From NCBI GenBank assembly GCA_963714975.1, contig CAVQQD010000001.1, positions 128,001 through 192,000 of the forward strand: a stretch of 64,000 bases of DNA, in the 5' to 3' direction. Shown here in pieces: positions 52,459-62,522 of the stretch; the first letter of the stretch is position 1, and each line of letters opens with the position of its first letter. Source of the stretch: an uncultured Gammaproteobacteria bacterium. Lineage in GTDB: Bacteria > Pseudomonadota > Gammaproteobacteria > JAURND01. Under the pieces are notes generated by a model, which had not been told where the DNA came from, searched no databases, and worked only from the letters and a program-made list of their open reading frames with translations. Made by a program: the position numbers and the translations under genes.

Positions 52459-52842
52459 CTAATTTATGCAACAACGCCGATCATAAATGGAATACCCTTC
52501 AACTTCATTATTTTTTTTAGATCGATAATGCTGTATGGAATACCCAGCAACCCCCATTAAGCACATAACATCAATGCCTATTCCCATAATGATTCCAACA
52601 TTTATACTCCCTATTTCTTTCAAAAAAATATTTGCTGCCGACTGATTGAAAAATGCTCCTGTATCATTGTTATGTAACCCATGAACAGAAGCGACTAACA
52701 AATAATTATTGCCAATGAAAAAACCAATTTTAGCCAGAGTTTTAAAATAAGATTTTGTGTTCGTAGGCGATATTTTTTGCTTAGGGAAACATTTGTAAAA
52801 ATGGTAATAAGGTGAAATATTATCAACGAAATCTTCCGACAA
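52459..52842 (-). CDS. Hypothetical membrane protein (possibly a fragment)
   Basis: 127-aa ORF with two hydrophobic segments, start uncertain. Confidence 0.45.
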   Translation of the reverse strand: MSEDFVDNISPYYHFYKCFPKQKISPTNTKSYFKTLAKIGFFIGNNYLLVASVHGLHNNDTGAFFNQSAANIFLKEIGSINVGIIMGIGIDVMCLMGVAGYSIQHYRSKKNNEVEGYSIYDRRCCIN

Positions 52843-52985
52843 AATTATAGGTTTAGTTCATGGCAAATGTGGTAAGGCATCGCACAGTGCTTGCTCCTCG
52901 GAAAAGATATGAAAAAGGGGCCATATTAATTTTTGTTTGACATTTTATTTCAATCCGTTTGAAATCAATTTTTTGATTCACAATT

Positions 52986-54002
52986 TTAGGAGACTTCATT
53001 AGAGCGTGAATGGTTGTCATTTTTGTTTAATTCTGCTTTAAAATCATTTTTGGCGATAACTCGACAGGGAATCTCATCTGCAATTGAAGCGTTTCGCAAA
53101 GCCTCGAAATCAGGAACTGTTATGACCTTATGTCTACTATTGCTCGTACCATAGAAGACTGCGAGTCCAATTAGTGTGATGATAAACAAAGAAAACACAC
53201 TGGCTACTGTAGCAAACGCCCAATCTATATTTTGCGTTTTTACGGCTACACTTGCTGGTACAACTGCTAAAAAATTGGCAGCCATAAGTATTAGGGGTAT
53301 TGAAAAATATTTGTGCTGATAGGCCTTTCTACCAGAAAGCAGTGGGGAAATATTAATATAATGCGTCCTTTTGGGCGCAGTAATTGCACAAAGAACTACG
53401 GATTTTTTATCTTTATATAATTCTTTATGAAGCTCTCCGGAAAAATTTTCTCCTTCACAAACAATAAGGGTTATTTTTAAAGATTTTTCTGGTAATTTCT
53501 GCATTTGGCGTAATTCCTTTATATTTTTTCTTATAGTAAGATCTTTAATTCTCTTCAGGATACTTGCAGGCATGGCAGCTGAAAAGTATGAAGTCTCTTT
53601 TCGTGTATAACCTCCTGTTTCACTAGCAATGTATCCAGGATCATTGGAAACGCCATGCCCAAAGATGACAACTTTATCTCCGCCCGTTACTCCCTCCATA
53701 ATTTTGTAGTTTTTCAAAGCACTGGGTTTTAGTTGACCCTGTCGATCAAAATCCTGGGGATCTGGAGTTAAAATGTGGATTTCATATTTTTCTTTCTTCG
53801 AAGCGAAGTTGCGTCGGGTCCAAAGATTGGTCTTGGACCCAGCATTATGACCCATAAAATTAAGAACAATAAGCTTGGTTTTTTTATTTTCTTCATTGGT
53901 TTTTTTGAAGAAAGAGGAGGGGTGTGCTCTAAGTTTTTCATCGTGAAGATGAGAGGGCCCCACTTGTGGATTAATTATTGCTTCAGTTGTTTCAGCAGTC
54001 AT
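52986..54002 (-). CDS. Orphan effector-like protein with possible His/Cys protease motifs and a C-terminal TM pair
   Basis: 338-aa ORF with VVIFGHG and ITLIVCEG, two hydrophobic segments and a PmrA-like box upstream. Confidence 0.7.
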   Translation of the reverse strand: MTAETTEAIINPQVGPSHLHDEKLRAHPSSFFKKTNEENKKTKLIVLNFMGHNAGSKTNLWTRRNFASKKEKYEIHILTPDPQDFDRQGQLKPSALKNYKIMEGVTGGDKVVIFGHGVSNDPGYIASETGGYTRKETSYFSAAMPASILKRIKDLTIRKNIKELRQMQKLPEKSLKITLIVCEGENFSGELHKELYKDKKSVVLCAITAPKRTHYINISPLLSGRKAYQHKYFSIPLILMAANFLAVVPASVAVKTQNIDWAFATVASVFSLFIITLIGLAVFYGTSNSRHKVITVPDFEALRNASIADEIPCRVIAKNDFKAELNKNDNHSRSNEVS

Positions 54003-54040
54003 GGTAACGGTGTCCTCATTTTACCTCATTGAAACATAAC

Positions 54041-54060
54041 ATTCTTAAGTGAATATTAAT
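54041..54060 (-). promoter_or_regulatory. PmrA-like box
   Basis: Minus strand aTTAAtatTcacTTAAgaaT, close to the Legionella consensus cTTAAtatT-N2-cTTAAtatT. Confidence 0.55.
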
Positions 54061-54314
54061 TACGGTGATATCAACGAGCCAATGTTTGTAGGGGACAAAA
54101 ATTATCCCCCCCTTTTTCAAAGGGGGAAATTATTTTTGTCCCCTACAGAGGAACCAATTTTTCCGGAGTTTGAAGAATGGTGCTAAACATCTGTGCCATC
54201 ATTGAAATCTGCAAAGATGCGCCAAGCTTTTCACCTAAACCGTTTAAACAAATGGAAAAAGGTTGAAAAGGCGAACAGTATAACTCGGCGCTTCCTGTTC
54301 AAGATTCAGCAGGA

Positions 54315-54689
54315 TTAGTTTTTTACACACGTTACGGATCCATTATCAAACTGCACCTGCTGGCCTCCGAGATCTACAATGGTTTGACCTTCATAGTTAC
54401 CCGTTCCCATCAAATAACGAGCAGAAATAGCTATTCTTAAGCGTGAGGGCTCTTTGTGGTCCATCGCAACGAGCAATAAGTTGCCATTTTGGAAATTAAA
54501 CCCCGTCACATCACTTGCGAAAGGAAACTTAATTTTAGGGAGGATTTCAGATTGATTGGCAAGAAAAATGGTAATTGACGTAGTTTGTCGAGCCCCTTCT
54601 AGAGTACAAACGAGTGATTTTTTAACATTGCTGGCATTAACTGAGGTAATCAAAAAAAATGAGATTAGAACTAAAGCAAATTTTTTCAT
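54315..54689 (-). CDS. Hypothetical exported protein
   Basis: Sec signal peptide MKKFALVLISFFLITSVNA, GGAG RBS, two Cys. Confidence 0.72.
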   Translation of the reverse strand: MKKFALVLISFFLITSVNASNVKKSLVCTLEGARQTTSITIFLANQSEILPKIKFPFASDVTGFNFQNGNLLLVAMDHKEPSRLRIAISARYLMGTGNYEGQTIVDLGGQQVQFDNGSVTCVKN

Positions 54690-54854
54690 AAATTCTCCGG
54701 TCCGGTTAGTTGTTATAGGCTCTATTGTCGCCTGGGAGAGAAAAGTTTCAAAACGCTAAAAGCCATTTCAAACCCCTCATCCGGCCTGCGGCCACCTTCT
54801 CCCACAGAAAAGCGCTGCGAGAGAAGGGACATGAGATGGCACAAGCCGAAGGGG

Positions 54855-55026
54855 TGACGCTCGAGCAATCTGCTGTGCTCGTGCTTTAGGGGGGGCCAGC
54901 CTTGAGGATTGCTCGCGACTAGGTATCAGGATGATAGCGGGATGGTACATGGATGTACCACGGAGCGAGAAATACTCAAGGCTGGCCCCCCCTAAAGCAC
55001 GAGCACAGCAGATTGCTCGAGCGTCA
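54855..55026. repeat. Perfect 52-bp inverted repeat with REP-containing loop
   Basis: 54855-54906 is the exact reverse complement of 54975-55026. The loop holds ggtacatggatgtacc. Confidence 0.88.
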
Positions 55027-55060
55027 AAACCCCGCAGGCGCAGCCCTCGCGCACGCTCTA

Positions 55061-56131
55061 CTAGTTGTTATAAGGCCCTGGGAACACAATATCCTTAGTG
55101 ACCGTGATATTAAACTCATAGCCTGGGCGAATTTGCAAGGTTGGGGGAATATTAATATTTTTGTTCAGCAACGCAGTGCCAACGTCCGCGATATGGGTAC
55201 CTAGGTTTTGCGCCAACATCTGATTAATATTCGGAGGCTGATTATAGTCGCTAGGTTGTTGCGGTTGGGCCAGTTGGGCGCCGCTGCTTAAGATACTCAT
55301 CAAAATCACTGAACCAAAAATTTTACTATAGTGGTTGTTCACTTGGTCATTAAAACCAGCATAACCACTCAAATCAATACCGGGCATCCCTTCTAGATTA
55401 ATACTTTTGCCATTGGGAAATAAAATGCGTTTCCAAACGACTAGGACACGCTCTTGACCATGAACTATTTGAGCATCATATAACCCAATCAGCCGCGAAC
55501 CTTGCGGAATCAGTAGATATTTCCCGGTGGTGGAATCATAGACCGAAGTTTTAATTTGGCCGATAATTTGCCCGGGTAAATCAGAGTTAATTCCGGTGAG
55601 CAACAACGCGGGAAGAATGTTCCCAGCCTGGACTGTAAAAGGTTGAGCGTTTTGCAGGGTAGCCTGTAATCGATCCTCATTTTGATCAGCCTTAGCATTT
55701 AAAAAGGCTGTTTTGGGAGAAGAAGCTGAGACAAGAGGCTGCAATAGGTTTTCTGTTTTAAAGGGAGGAGCATTGCCACGATAAAATTCTTCACCAATTA
55801 ATTGCTTATTAGAAAAATTTGGGGCAGAAAATGTCGGCGTTGTAGTTGTAGGTTTTTCGTCTGCTACTGCTATCTCAGGTGGCGGCGGTGGTGCTGGAGT
55901 TGCCGGCTGAGGGGTTAGATTTTGATACCATTCAGTATCACTATGACTCGCTAATAGCTGTGCCGATTCAGTGCTAAAATTATCGCCCTGACGTTTTCGG
56001 GTGAGGGATGAGACTAGCACTGCAATAAAAATAATAACGACGCCCACGATACCGATCATGGCTAATTTTAGCAGCAAGGGACGCGTACGTACCGCATTGG
56101 GATAGACTTTTTTTGATAGCATTTTATGCAT
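55061..56131 (-). CDS. trbI: P-type T4SS TrbI/VirB10
   Basis: N-terminal TM, LTGINSDLPGQI, LLIPQGSRLIG, D.SGYAG..DQVNNH and IPPTLQIRPG motifs. Confidence 0.92.
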   Translation of the reverse strand: MHKMLSKKVYPNAVRTRPLLLKLAMIGIVGVVIIFIAVLVSSLTRKRQGDNFSTESAQLLASHSDTEWYQNLTPQPATPAPPPPPEIAVADEKPTTTTPTFSAPNFSNKQLIGEEFYRGNAPPFKTENLLQPLVSASSPKTAFLNAKADQNEDRLQATLQNAQPFTVQAGNILPALLLTGINSDLPGQIIGQIKTSVYDSTTGKYLLIPQGSRLIGLYDAQIVHGQERVLVVWKRILFPNGKSINLEGMPGIDLSGYAGFNDQVNNHYSKIFGSVILMSILSSGAQLAQPQQPSDYNQPPNINQMLAQNLGTHIADVGTALLNKNINIPPTLQIRPGYEFNITVTKDIVFPGPYNN

Positions 56132-56137
56132 ATTTCG

Positions 56138-57040
56138 TTAGCTGTAGTGGTTATTAATGATTTTAACTTGAGTTTGCTTGCGCCCCACCCCCATGACTAA
56201 AACAGCCTGCTTAAAAATTCGATCGACAACAAAATAGTTTGCTTGGCTGCGATAATTCACTAAGTTGCGCTGGGAACTTTCCACCGTGAATAGCAACGGC
56301 ATATCACGATTTGCCATGTTGGCTGGAAATTCAATAAAGGTTTTTTTGCCATCATCAAAAATTCGCAGCGGTTTCCAGCTGGGGGTTGACCAACCCGAAC
56401 TCATACGATAATCAAAGTTGAGTTGATCAAGCTGGATCGTGGCCAAAGGCGTTAAATTTTCGCTAGTATTCCAGGTATTAATCATATCGTCAGGATACCA
56501 AAAACTTACATGGCGCATGGCGTCGTTACTTTCTTGCGAGACTAAGCCAAGTTTGTAAAGACGCCGATCGGTAGCAATCGTTAGTGTGGTGCTAATTTCA
56601 GGGTATAAGGGTTGTATTAATAAATGAGTTTGCTGCTTCTCTCCACTACCCGATAAGGTCGCCATATAGGTCCACTTACTGGGATCCCCACAATTCACTT
56701 GGCTAAAACGTTCCCCGGGTTCTAAAGAAATCACAGTTTGTGCATTGGGTTTGGTTTCAATGATGGGTTGCTGTCGTGGATTAAAAGCAATTTGCTCAAA
56801 TCCGTCGGTTACAATGCGCGGTGCTTTGCCAGTGGTAATAAATTGGCTGAAAGCACGTTCCAACTCCGGGTCATTGCCATAGCTCAATTGAAATGCCGCA
56901 TGATTAATTGAATTTTCTGTCAATTTAACTTTGTTGGCAACGAGTGCATTGGCTGCCATCAGCGGTTCAGGGGCAGTGGCAGTACACGCCGAAATACAAA
57001 TTGCGGCCGTCATTTGCAGCACCCTCATTTTATATAACAT
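56138..57040 (-). CDS. trbG: P-type T4SS TrbG/VirB9
   Basis: Lipobox-like ISAC, LEPGE, GDPSKW, TDRRLY, WKPLRIFDDGKKTFI and LVNYR motifs. Start moved to 57040 (GGAG RBS). Confidence 0.9.
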   Translation of the reverse strand: MLYKMRVLQMTAAICISACTATAPEPLMAANALVANKVKLTENSINHAAFQLSYGNDPELERAFSQFITTGKAPRIVTDGFEQIAFNPRQQPIIETKPNAQTVISLEPGERFSQVNCGDPSKWTYMATLSGSGEKQQTHLLIQPLYPEISTTLTIATDRRLYKLGLVSQESNDAMRHVSFWYPDDMINTWNTSENLTPLATIQLDQLNFDYRMSSGWSTPSWKPLRIFDDGKKTFIEFPANMANRDMPLLFTVESSQRNLVNYRSQANYFVVDRIFKQAVLVMGVGRKQTQVKIINNHYS

Positions 57041-57053
57041 AATTATCTCCTTT

Positions 57054-57704
57054 TTATTTTTTGATAGGAAGTTGCGCCCAAGATAGCGCAGTAATGTAAA
57101 TCCCGAATGGATTATCCTCGATAAATCGTTCATTAATTTTGCCAAAACGGAAACTTAAGTTAGCAATGTAGCGTTGGGTAGTATCACCCGTGTTCAATCC
57201 CTGCGTGCGCTCATCCCAAGTGACTTGCCAGGTATGTTCACTAATTGCTAAGGTGTTGATGATATTGATTTGCGTTGTATAGTTCGATGATAAATTGAAA
57301 GGATTATTTTCGTGGTAATAATCATGTAAAAATGCAATGGTTTTATCGGCCGAATACGCATAGACCTTATTAAGCAAGGTTTTTTGCGCTTGAGTATCGG
57401 CGATAATCGTACGCGCATTAATAATAAATTGGCTGAGCGCATAATTAACCAGCGCTTCAGGGTGCGGCAATTTATTGCTCACCGGCAAAATTTTCGTTGG
57501 CACCCCTTGACAGGTTTCAACTGCTAGCGGTTGAATGCGTGAGCTATGATTTAGACGAATAAGCTCTAAAAATAAGCCTAATGCTAATAACATACTCAAT
57601 AGAAAAGCGAGCTGCCAATTACGCACTGCCTTTGCCATATTCATATAACGATCATTCCACTCGTGTCGGCCGATAAAGGGATTTTCAGGTTGCTTTTCGT
57701 TCAT
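57054..57704 (-). CDS. trbF: P-type T4SS TrbF/VirB8-like
   Basis: EWNDRY......NW, TM segment, TWQVTWDE and NPFGIYI motifs. Confidence 0.9.
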   Translation of the reverse strand: MNEKQPENPFIGRHEWNDRYMNMAKAVRNWQLAFLLSMLLALGLFLELIRLNHSSRIQPLAVETCQGVPTKILPVSNKLPHPEALVNYALSQFIINARTIIADTQAQKTLLNKVYAYSADKTIAFLHDYYHENNPFNLSSNYTTQINIINTLAISEHTWQVTWDERTQGLNTGDTTQRYIANLSFRFGKINERFIEDNPFGIYITALSWAQLPIKK

Positions 57705-58563
57705 TAGAGTTTGCTCGCTTTTTTTGTTTCAAAGAATAAGCCGTTTTCAATACCCCGGTGGCGAAAGCCGGGACATTAGTTCCTAGGTTATCTTGCATAC
57801 CATCCGTGACTATTCTGGCTATTTGACCTGGTAAATTTCTGGCGAGTAGCCAAAAAAGTGCAACCGAAGCGATAACCCAAATATAGGCATCATAAGCTAG
57901 AATTTTGATCGGAATGGCAGCAGCAACGGTGGCAATAGTTTTAGACCCAGCCCCAACAACTAAGTAAATACCTAATAACTTGATGCATAGGCCTAATAAG
58001 GTCATTAAGGATTGGCGAGCAATTTGCGAAGTGGCGCCAAGTGCCGCAAAGCCAAGGAAAAAGGTGGATAGACTAATTAAAGCAGTCGCCATAATTAGCG
58101 TCAGTGCTAAATCTAGCGCGATGCTAATAAAGGCTAACACAATAAACAAATACACGATAAATCCCAGTAACAAGCCAAAGCCGGAGGTCAGTAAGCTGGA
58201 ATTTTGTAGCGGAATAAGAATTTTATTCGCAATCATAATGCCATTGGCAATTACCGAAGAAGGATCTATCGGAATGCCAGTTAATTTTTGTCCCATCACT
58301 TGAGTGGTGGTCAAAAGATTGAGCAGCCAATGGTGATTGACCATGATGGTGTAAAACAATAAGATCATGAAAAATTTCTTTAAAAAATCGGAAAGTCCTT
58401 CCACGACGTTATCTTTGTCGGTAGCGTACCAAAACCACAACCAACCCATGTTGATGACCAAAAGCGCGCCAAATAACCACTGCCCCCAGATCAATAATTG
58501 ATTCAAGTAGCTGCTGAATATTTTAATATAGGTTTGTGCAGCTGAAGTAAGTAATGTATCCAT
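57685..58563 (-). CDS. trbL: P-type T4SS TrbL/VirB6
   Basis: Polytopic membrane protein with DPSSVIANG, located between trbJ and trbF. Confidence 0.85.
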   Translation of the reverse strand: MDTLLTSAAQTYIKIFSSYLNQLLIWGQWLFGALLVINMGWLWFWYATDKDNVVEGLSDFLKKFFMILLFYTIMVNHHWLLNLLTTTQVMGQKLTGIPIDPSSVIANGIMIANKILIPLQNSSLLTSGFGLLLGFIVYLFIVLAFISIALDLALTLIMATALISLSTFFLGFAALGATSQIARQSLMTLLGLCIKLLGIYLVVGAGSKTIATVAAAIPIKILAYDAYIWVIASVALFWLLARNLPGQIARIVTDGMQDNLGTNVPAFATGVLKTAYSLKQKKRANSNERKAT

Positions 58564-58613
58564 TGTTGTATTCCTGATTATGTTAAGACCCCGTCATTGC
58601 GAGGAGCGACGGA

Positions 58614-59342
58614 CTATCTAAAATCGGGCAATTGCAATGCTTGTCCAGAATGACCAATTGCTGGCGCGGTGGTGCTACCCGCATTAATCACCTCACTTGC
58701 TTTGGCCTGGGTCGTCGCTTGTTGTTGCACTTGTGCTGCAAAATAAATACTTTGCGCATTGGTTTGCGCAATCACAGCTTGTCGTAATAATTGTAATTGT
58801 GATACTTGTTCGGAAGATATTTGTGCAGCAGATTGAATTGCTTGAGTTTGACCGCGCGCTGTTTGCACTTGTCGCTGCAGGAAATTCAACCGAGATTGTT
58901 CATTAGCAAAATTATTGGCATTGCTGCCAGCAGATTGCAAGATTCCATTGAAGGTATTTTGGGTTTTATTGACTAAATCTTTGTAATATTGACTATAGTC
59001 AGTAGTGCTTTTATAGCCCGGAAAATAGCGTTTAAATTCACTGTCTAAGTGACTGGCGTTATAAGCCAATCCATTGGATTGGGTAATGGTATGGCCTAGT
59101 TGATTAATCAACGTTTGCGCGTTACTCCACTGATACTGTGCGTTACCGAGTTGCTGTATCCCTTGATTAATTGCATTTAATTGCCGATGCAAAATATCGA
59201 TTTGCTCGACGATTTTTGCGGTTTGTGATACGACGTGACTGGCCACCACCGGGTCAAAGACTAAAGCACCTGCAGCATAAACCGTGTTAAATAGGCAAAT
59301 GAACCAGAGGGGTAACAATAAATACTTTAATGTTTTAAACAT
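58614..59342 (-). CDS. trbJ: P-type T4SS TrbJ/VirB5
   Basis: Signal peptide, VFDP, GQTQAIQ and QLQLLRQ motifs. Start moved to 59342. Confidence 0.87.
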   Translation of the reverse strand: MFKTLKYLLLPLWFICLFNTVYAAGALVFDPVVASHVVSQTAKIVEQIDILHRQLNAINQGIQQLGNAQYQWSNAQTLINQLGHTITQSNGLAYNASHLDSEFKRYFPGYKSTTDYSQYYKDLVNKTQNTFNGILQSAGSNANNFANEQSRLNFLQRQVQTARGQTQAIQSAAQISSEQVSQLQLLRQAVIAQTNAQSIYFAAQVQQQATTQAKASEVINAGSTTAPAIGHSGQALQLPDFR

Positions 59343-61875
59343 AGAGATTCCTCGCCGCCTCCTGCGTCGTCCCGGCAGGGATGCCGGGATCCAGATTGCA
59401 GAGCTGCTGTAAGTGGTTACGTTGTTGCCAAATCTGTGCCCATTCCGCAAATCCATGCTCCATTAACCAGTGATAAATCCAAAATTCACCGTAAGTAGCT
59501 TTACAAGCAAGCAAAGCATTGCCCCCTTTTTGCGGAGATAGTCCGAGAAAACTTAGAGCCATTGATTGTTGGGAAATAAAGCCGAGTTCAATTAATCGAT
59601 TGCCCTGAGGCGTGACGATGTAGTAATGCTGTTTTGGTATGGCAATATGCTCAATGATATCCAGTTGTCGGTCATTGAATCCCATTTTGGTATAGAGATT
59701 TTTCGTTTCAGCTTCCATTTTCTGGTTGGGAAGATAAATCTTAGTCGGACAAGATTCCATAATGGCTGTGGTAAGTCGGGTTAATTGCTTGGTTTCAGGA
59801 TCGTAGAGATCAGAAAGTGATTGGGTTACAAATACCACACGAGCATTTTTTTTACGCATGGTTTTTAACCAATCGCGTAATTTAGCTGCAAAAATATCGT
59901 GGCCAATATACAACCAGGCCTCTTCTAGAATAATTAAAGTTGGGTTTGCGCCATTAGTTTGTTCAAGTTGCGATTCGATTTGATCAAAGATATACAGAAG
60001 TATTGGCAGGTAAATTTCTGCTTTTTGGGCCAATAACCAGCCCATTTCAAAGCTTTGTAAATAACTAGTTTTTAAATGATCTTTCTCAGCGTCTAATAAT
60101 TTCATACTGCCGTTCAAGGTATAATATTTAAGCGCTTGCCGCACCGCGATGTTTTGCACAGTGGAACAAAATAACGTCAGGGTGCGATGCTGTGGAAGAT
60201 TCATTGCCAAAACTTCAATCGCAGCGTGAATATCCGCGCGAATCGCGGTGGTGATAGATTCGCCTTGTAGCTGCACTAAATGTTCGATAAATTGTTCTGC
60301 GCGCATTTTCGTGCTATCAGAGGATAAATCAGCCAATGGACAAAAGGCCATACTTCTAACATCGCTAATGTCATAATGAATCCCTCCTAATGCGGTAGTA
60401 AATGCGCGGTGCGAGTAATCTTTGTCAAAAATATAAATGGTTGAATTTATATGACGTTGAAATTGCGCCAAAAGAAATTGGATAAAAAATGTTTTCCCCG
60501 CTCCTGTGGGGCCAATAATTAATAAATGCCCCACATCAGAAACATCGGTATGAAAGCGAAAAGGGGTTTTCCCGGTGGTTGCTGCATAAAAAGTTGGCGG
60601 AGATTGTGCCGGTAACAATGAGGCTGGGGATGAGAATGTATCTCCACTCCAAATGCTGTGCAAAGGCAGAGCATGAGCTAAATTCACAGAATCAATCAGC
60701 AGCCGTCGGAGATTGCAACTGCCGTGGCCTGGAATGCTACCTCGCCAAGCATCCATGGCATTGACGGTTTCGAGTTGACAGGTAAATCCTCGTTGTTCTA
60801 AATATTGCGATAGATTTTTGTGTGCTTGATCTAACGCCTCTATTTTCTCATGAATTAAAATAAGTGTACTAGTCCAAAACCCAAAACGCCGGGTGTGACT
60901 ACTATTCGCCATGGCTGCTTCTTGCGTTTCTTGACTCATTGCCAAAGCATCGTGATTTAAGCGCGGACTAGGATTGCCACTAATGGTTTCACTGATCAGA
61001 CCAAGTAACCCTTTAACTTTATTATTCCAGTTGCGTTCAATGCGTTTAATTTCTTGTTCTGTGGTAGCTTCGGATAAGGGGACAAATCGATTTGACCACC
61101 GATAAATAAACGGATAAGTGGTCATTTCTTCCAACATCCCTGGGATGGTTTCTTGATTTAAATAACCCAACAATGACAGCGCATAAATATATTTGCGACC
61201 AATTTGCGGTAAGTAGCCACCAATCATATCGTGCCTACCCAAAATGACATCGAGGTAACACGCTTGGGGTGGAGTAGCAATAGGTACCAACTCACCACTG
61301 ATACAGGTATGGAGAAAGCTCAATAGCTCAGCGCTGGTTAAAGCCTGTAATTGCAGCGCGGCGCTAAGCAAAGCAACACAGCGCTCCACCATCGTCTCGA
61401 ATAATTGCAACAAAGTGCATAAATTTTCGTGGCCGGCATTGACGGGTAAGCCTTCTACAAACCAATGGCGTGTGGTTTTAACCAAGGGTTTGGGGAATTT
61501 CCAAACAAAAGTTAAGAATTGCCAATTCTCAAAATGTTGTCCTTCTTGTTGATAAATTTTTCGTCGCTCGGCATCTATTAACCAAGCCACGCTGTTGGGG
61601 AAATGCCCTGGCTCAGGATAAGTAAGGCTAGGAATACGCAGCTCATCCACATGAATCATCCAACCGTCGTCTAAAAACAATAACATGCGATTAAAATTTT
61701 GGATTAAAGCATCAAGTTCAACGGGCGTGGCAGAATTAATATCTGGCCCGCGAAATCGGTAGGTGGTTAAATAAGCCCCGTCCTTATTTAAAATAATTCC
61801 CTCTTTAATGATGTGGGCAAAATTTAGCAAGTCTGATAAACCTGCTTCTCGATTAGCATATTCTTTGAACATCAA
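59335..61875 (-). CDS. trbE: P-type T4SS ATPase TrbE/VirB4
   Basis: GIILNKDG, GPTGAGKT, FDKDYS, EEAW, WLKTMRKKN, TQSLSD and ESCPTKIYLPN motifs. Confidence 0.95.
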   Translation of the reverse strand: MMFKEYANREAGLSDLLNFAHIIKEGIILNKDGAYLTTYRFRGPDINSATPVELDALIQNFNRMLLFLDDGWMIHVDELRIPSLTYPEPGHFPNSVAWLIDAERRKIYQQEGQHFENWQFLTFVWKFPKPLVKTTRHWFVEGLPVNAGHENLCTLLQLFETMVERCVALLSAALQLQALTSAELLSFLHTCISGELVPIATPPQACYLDVILGRHDMIGGYLPQIGRKYIYALSLLGYLNQETIPGMLEEMTTYPFIYRWSNRFVPLSEATTEQEIKRIERNWNNKVKGLLGLISETISGNPSPRLNHDALAMSQETQEAAMANSSHTRRFGFWTSTLILIHEKIEALDQAHKNLSQYLEQRGFTCQLETVNAMDAWRGSIPGHGSCNLRRLLIDSVNLAHALPLHSIWSGDTFSSPASLLPAQSPPTFYAATTGKTPFRFHTDVSDVGHLLIIGPTGAGKTFFIQFLLAQFQRHINSTIYIFDKDYSHRAFTTALGGIHYDISDVRSMAFCPLADLSSDSTKMRAEQFIEHLVQLQGESITTAIRADIHAAIEVLAMNLPQHRTLTLFCSTVQNIAVRQALKYYTLNGSMKLLDAEKDHLKTSYLQSFEMGWLLAQKAEIYLPILLYIFDQIESQLEQTNGANPTLIILEEAWLYIGHDIFAAKLRDWLKTMRKKNARVVFVTQSLSDLYDPETKQLTRLTTAIMESCPTKIYLPNQKMEAETKNLYTKMGFNDRQLDIIEHIAIPKQHYYIVTPQGNRLIELGFISQQSMALSFLGLSPQKGGNALLACKATYGEFWIYHWLMEHGFAEWAQIWQQRNHLQQLCNLDPGIPAGTTQEAARNLYV

Positions 61876-62219
61876 ACCAATCCTTTTTGACCTTGATAAA
61901 CAGGCACACTGGGGGGATTCAATGCTGGAACGGCGGCATTGACCCCAGGCAGTGCGGCGTAAAATTGTTGATAACGGATGTGCCTTCGATATATTCCTAA
62001 CATTTGCGCATCAACTCGGGTAACCAACAAGCCAATACTATGCCCGAGCAGAAAAAGCATGAGCGCTAATAAATCCATTTTGGGCGAAAATTGCGCCGCG
62101 ACAGCAATGGGCGTGGTAATTCCTAGAATCAAGAAAAACAGTTGTCGCTCTACCCCCATGATTTTAAAAGGACGATTGAGGGATTGATAATAAAGACTCG
62201 GTGTGCCACGCATCGACAA
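61872..62219 (-). CDS. trbD: P-type T4SS TrbD/VirB3
   Basis: SLNRP..IMGVER, two TMs and D.QM..IYRRHIRYQ.FY.A pattern. Confidence 0.88.
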   Translation of the reverse strand: MSMRGTPSLYYQSLNRPFKIMGVERQLFFLILGITTPIAVAAQFSPKMDLLALMLFLLGHSIGLLVTRVDAQMLGIYRRHIRYQQFYAALPGVNAAVPALNPPSVPVYQGQKGLV

Positions 62220-62225
62220 TTACTC

Positions 62226-62522
62226 CTAAAAAGTTGCGCCACTGCCAAAAATAGCCGGGACTGCTGTCGCTCCCGATAAGGCAAGTGACATCCAAAATAA
62301 AATATTTAATAATTTCTTCATACCGTCCCCCCATTCACCAAATGCCAAGAGTAAGCACGTCGCAATCCAAATGACGATGGCAGCAATAGCAATCCAGGCA
62401 TAAAAATTATCTTGAAAACTTTGAATAGCGGAATTAAAAGGTAAATTACCTGCGGTTGCTGCTTGAGCAGGAATAAAAAATAAGAGAATCAGCAGGCTAA
62501 AAATTAACTGAAAATATTTCAT
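62226..62522 (-). CDS. trbC: Pilin TrbC/VirB2
   Basis: Signal AQA, GNLPF, two hydrophobic helices with FGE, position in the operon. Confidence 0.85.
   Translation of the reverse strand: MKYFQLIFSLLILLFFIPAQAATAGNLPFNSAIQSFQDNFYAWIAIAAIVIWIATCLLLAFGEWGDGMKKLLNILFWMSLALSGATAVPAIFGSGATF

Noticed and set aside
609-62187. Numerous 60-180 aa antisense or alternate-frame ORFs in the track
   Set aside because: They are shadows of well-supported genes, with no independent motifs or RBS evidence.
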